Assembly: GCA_004524445.1 (NCBI GenBank)
Contig: SDNP01000001.1
Span: forward strand, 64,001 to 128,000
DNA length: 64,000 nt
From: Candidatus Thorarchaeota archaeon
GTDB lineage: Archaea > Asgardarchaeota > Thorarchaeia > Thorarchaeales > Thorarchaeaceae
Direction of reading: 5' to 3'
Below the pieces are notes generated by a model, which saw nothing but the letters and a program-made list of their open reading frames with translations, did not search any database and was not told the DNA's origin. A program made the position numbers and the translations under genes. This document shows, piece after piece, positions 61,803 to 64,000 of the stretch (position 1 is the first letter of the stretch; every line of letters starts with the position of its first letter).

Positions 61803-63437
61803 TCATGTCCCCTCTCTTTTCTTCATTATCACAAGGCCAGTTAGTGATGCTGCGCTTACTACTACAGCAACCTGGATCCATTTGAAGTTCAACAGAGTCA
61901 GCTCATGGCATGAAACAGCCGAATCTAACGGGTCAAACCCATGATAGAACTCCCATGCATCCGAAATCAAATCGCCATCAGAATCCTTCATTGATGCGTT
62001 TGTGCCAATGCTCACTTCTAACACATCAGCCAGTCCATCAAGATCCGCATCAGTATCGGATAGGCAGTGTGTATGAGAATAATCGGTAGCTCCACCCTGA
62101 GGACTCCAGTATAGGCAACTGCCTGAAGACGATGGCTCAACCGCATAGAGATTAAGTGACCCATAACCAGAAACGACAAAGTCAAGCTCGCCGTTATTAT
62201 TGACATCTCCTATTGCATGAATGAACTGTCCTAGTACTCCCTCTGAATGCATATAGCGTGACCATTGGTTAGAACCATCCTCTCCATTTATGGCTGCTAT
62301 TTTTGAGTCATCACTGAGCATAAGAATTTCATTTCTTACATCGTGGTCAAAATCACCAAGGCTAAGCTGACGGATTTCTCCAAACCTCCACGTATCATAG
62401 GTCCATAATTTTGTTCCATCGTTTGCCTGAATTGAACACAAATAATCCCTGCCCTCTTGAAATACGATTTCTAGCTGCCCATCCCCATCAAGGTCTCCTA
62501 TGGCGGGAGCATTTTCAAGAGTCTTGACCTCAGAATCTCTGAGATATGACCACAACACAGATCCATCTGCACCATTCAGTGCTGCTACTTCCCAGCATGT
62601 CTTCACGATAACTTCGTTTTTGTCATCCCCGTTGATGTCGCCGATTACTGGCGCTGAAATCGAAATCCAATGATAACCATGCGACCAATGATGCAGCCAG
62701 AGAGGTGTTTGATTACCAGGTCGAATCGCGTATGTATAATCGTTCTCACAGCAGACAACTATTTCTCGCCCGATTTGGCTATCAATGTCGCCTACTGCGA
62801 CTGAGTGATGAATGTCGACTTTCAAGCTCATGGTCCACAGCGGTCGACCTGTTGTACCGTTGAGGATCAGAATTCTTCCATCTCTCGACGGAAAGACCAC
62901 CTCCATATCCGAATCACCCATCACGTCAGTAATAGTGGGGGCAATCCAGGGTCTTGTTTGAACCAATCCATCTCTATGGTACCACAGAACGCTCCCATTG
63001 CCCTTGAAAGCGAAGATGCCTTTTCCTTCTACTGCAATAACAAATTCAGGAGTATCGTCTGTATCTAGCGTGCCAAGGGCGATCTCAGAGGTATCCGCCC
63101 CCTCAATTTCCTGAAACCACTTGCTCTCTCCTGTGCTTCCTCTCCGGACAACAATACGGGTCAAATCATCATTCCAAACATTCTCTGAGCATATAACCTC
63201 AGTTTCCAAATCTGCATCCACATTCGCAATTGCAATAGAAAAGGCCGAGCTTTCGGGAAACGTATTATTGGTTTTCCAAAGCAATTCTGGTCGATCTCTG
63301 ACAGTCGAATCCCAGTGAGGGCCCTTTGGCCACCATGCAATAATGAAAGGTGTTATGATTATAATGAAAACAAGAATAAGACAGACTCTTCCACATGTGA
63401 ATTCAGGTTTTTTCAGCCTCAATGAAGCTATCCCCAT
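61803..63437 (-). CDS. Membrane-anchored FG-GAP/PQQ-like beta-propeller with TSP3-like Ca-binding repeats
   Basis: N- and C-terminal TM helices; GDINGDD and GDLDGDG repeats; DSDGDLISDAWE. Confidence 0.8.
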   Translation of the reverse strand: MGIASLRLKKPEFTCGRVCLILVFIIIITPFIIAWWPKGPHWDSTVRDRPELLWKTNNTFPESSAFSIAIANVDADLETEVICSENVWNDDLTRIVVRRGSTGESKWFQEIEGADTSEIALGTLDTDDTPEFVIAVEGKGIFAFKGNGSVLWYHRDGLVQTRPWIAPTITDVMGDSDMEVVFPSRDGRILILNGTTGRPLWTMSLKVDIHHSVAVGDIDSQIGREIVVCCENDYTYAIRPGNQTPLWLHHWSHGYHWISISAPVIGDINGDDKNEVIVKTCWEVAALNGADGSVLWSYLRDSEVKTLENAPAIGDLDGDGQLEIVFQEGRDYLCSIQANDGTKLWTYDTWRFGEIRQLSLGDFDHDVRNEILMLSDDSKIAAINGEDGSNQWSRYMHSEGVLGQFIHAIGDVNNNGELDFVVSGYGSLNLYAVEPSSSGSCLYWSPQGGATDYSHTHCLSDTDADLDGLADVLEVSIGTNASMKDSDGDLISDAWEFYHGFDPLDSAVSCHELTLLNFKWIQVAVVVSAASLTGLVIMKKREGT

Positions 63438-63461
63438 CTGCTACAAGCTTATCTAGACGTA

Positions 63462-63965
63462 TTAAGATTGCGAGTGGCTGGTGTCCGTTTCTTCATTCCA
63501 TAGTCCCTTAGCCTTGCGAGGCGGAAGGAGTACAAGAAACAGGAGTCCTGTGATAAAGAGGAGTGGAACAGGGATGTTATACCATCCTATAGAACTTGGG
63601 TATAGGATATTTGAAAAGAAGAAGAACTGGAATGTCCAAAGCTCACTGACAATGCCCACGGCAACTGCACGTTCTCTGTCAGTCCTTTTCTTGTAACATC
63701 TATAGATTTCATATACAAACAAGAGCCGAAAGACACTGCCAACTGTATTGTTGATTATTCCATATGGCCACCACAAAATCGTAGGTAACACATTCGATGT
63801 GTGAATCCAAAGCAACGCATATGCTTTCAGAACATAGATTTGGTCAAAAGGCTCAAATGTGTAACTCAATGCATAGGGCGTCATCATAGCAACAGCTAAT
63901 GAAACCGCAGCAGGAACGAGATTCCGGATTTTTTCCTGGCTAATTGAATCTAGCATTCTCATCAC
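63462..63965 (-). CDS. Small multi-pass membrane protein; probable paralog of 13890-14378
   Basis: C-terminal IPVPLLFITG...PP...W.EE. Confidence 0.65.
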   Translation of the reverse strand: MMRMLDSISQEKIRNLVPAAVSLAVAMMTPYALSYTFEPFDQIYVLKAYALLWIHTSNVLPTILWWPYGIINNTVGSVFRLLFVYEIYRCYKKRTDRERAVAVGIVSELWTFQFFFFSNILYPSSIGWYNIPVPLLFITGLLFLVLLPPRKAKGLWNEETDTSHSQS

Positions 63966-64000
63966 CCTTCAATCCACTACAGATGCAATCAGATATTCTC

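Noticed and set aside
1-64000. Many short ORFs antisense to or nested within confident genes; also rRNA, tRNA, IS elements
   Set aside because: Shadow ORFs without motifs; no cloverleaf, rRNA signature or transposase was recognised by eye.

Overview
Archaeal chromosomal window, most consistent with an Asgard archaeon (Thorarchaeia-like is my inference): it carries a eukaryote-like actin (60011-61153), a long eukaryote-type urocanase, the proteasome-exosome superoperon, KEOPS/t6A genes, two tandem HdrA proteins with HdrBC, a group 3b NiFe hydrogenase, AOR, Zn and ECF transporters, and hut genes. The main discovery is a 30-nt insertion in hutU (38412-38441). It contains an in-frame TGA and folds into a canonical bulge-helix-bulge (BHB). 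Cleavage at the standard BHB positions restores the conserved YGQMTAG motif exactly, so it looks like a tRNA-type intron in an mRNA. Secondary signals are a wHTH-CARF-like gene coupled to a Mini-RNase III-like gene, a 28-bp direct repeat around a DUF368 gene, structured leaders before psmA and rpl37ae, a DtxR operator palindrome, and a nucleotidyltransferase with no canonical start codon. I saw no rRNA, tRNA, CRISPR array or transposase. All calls come from reading motifs; no database searches were run.
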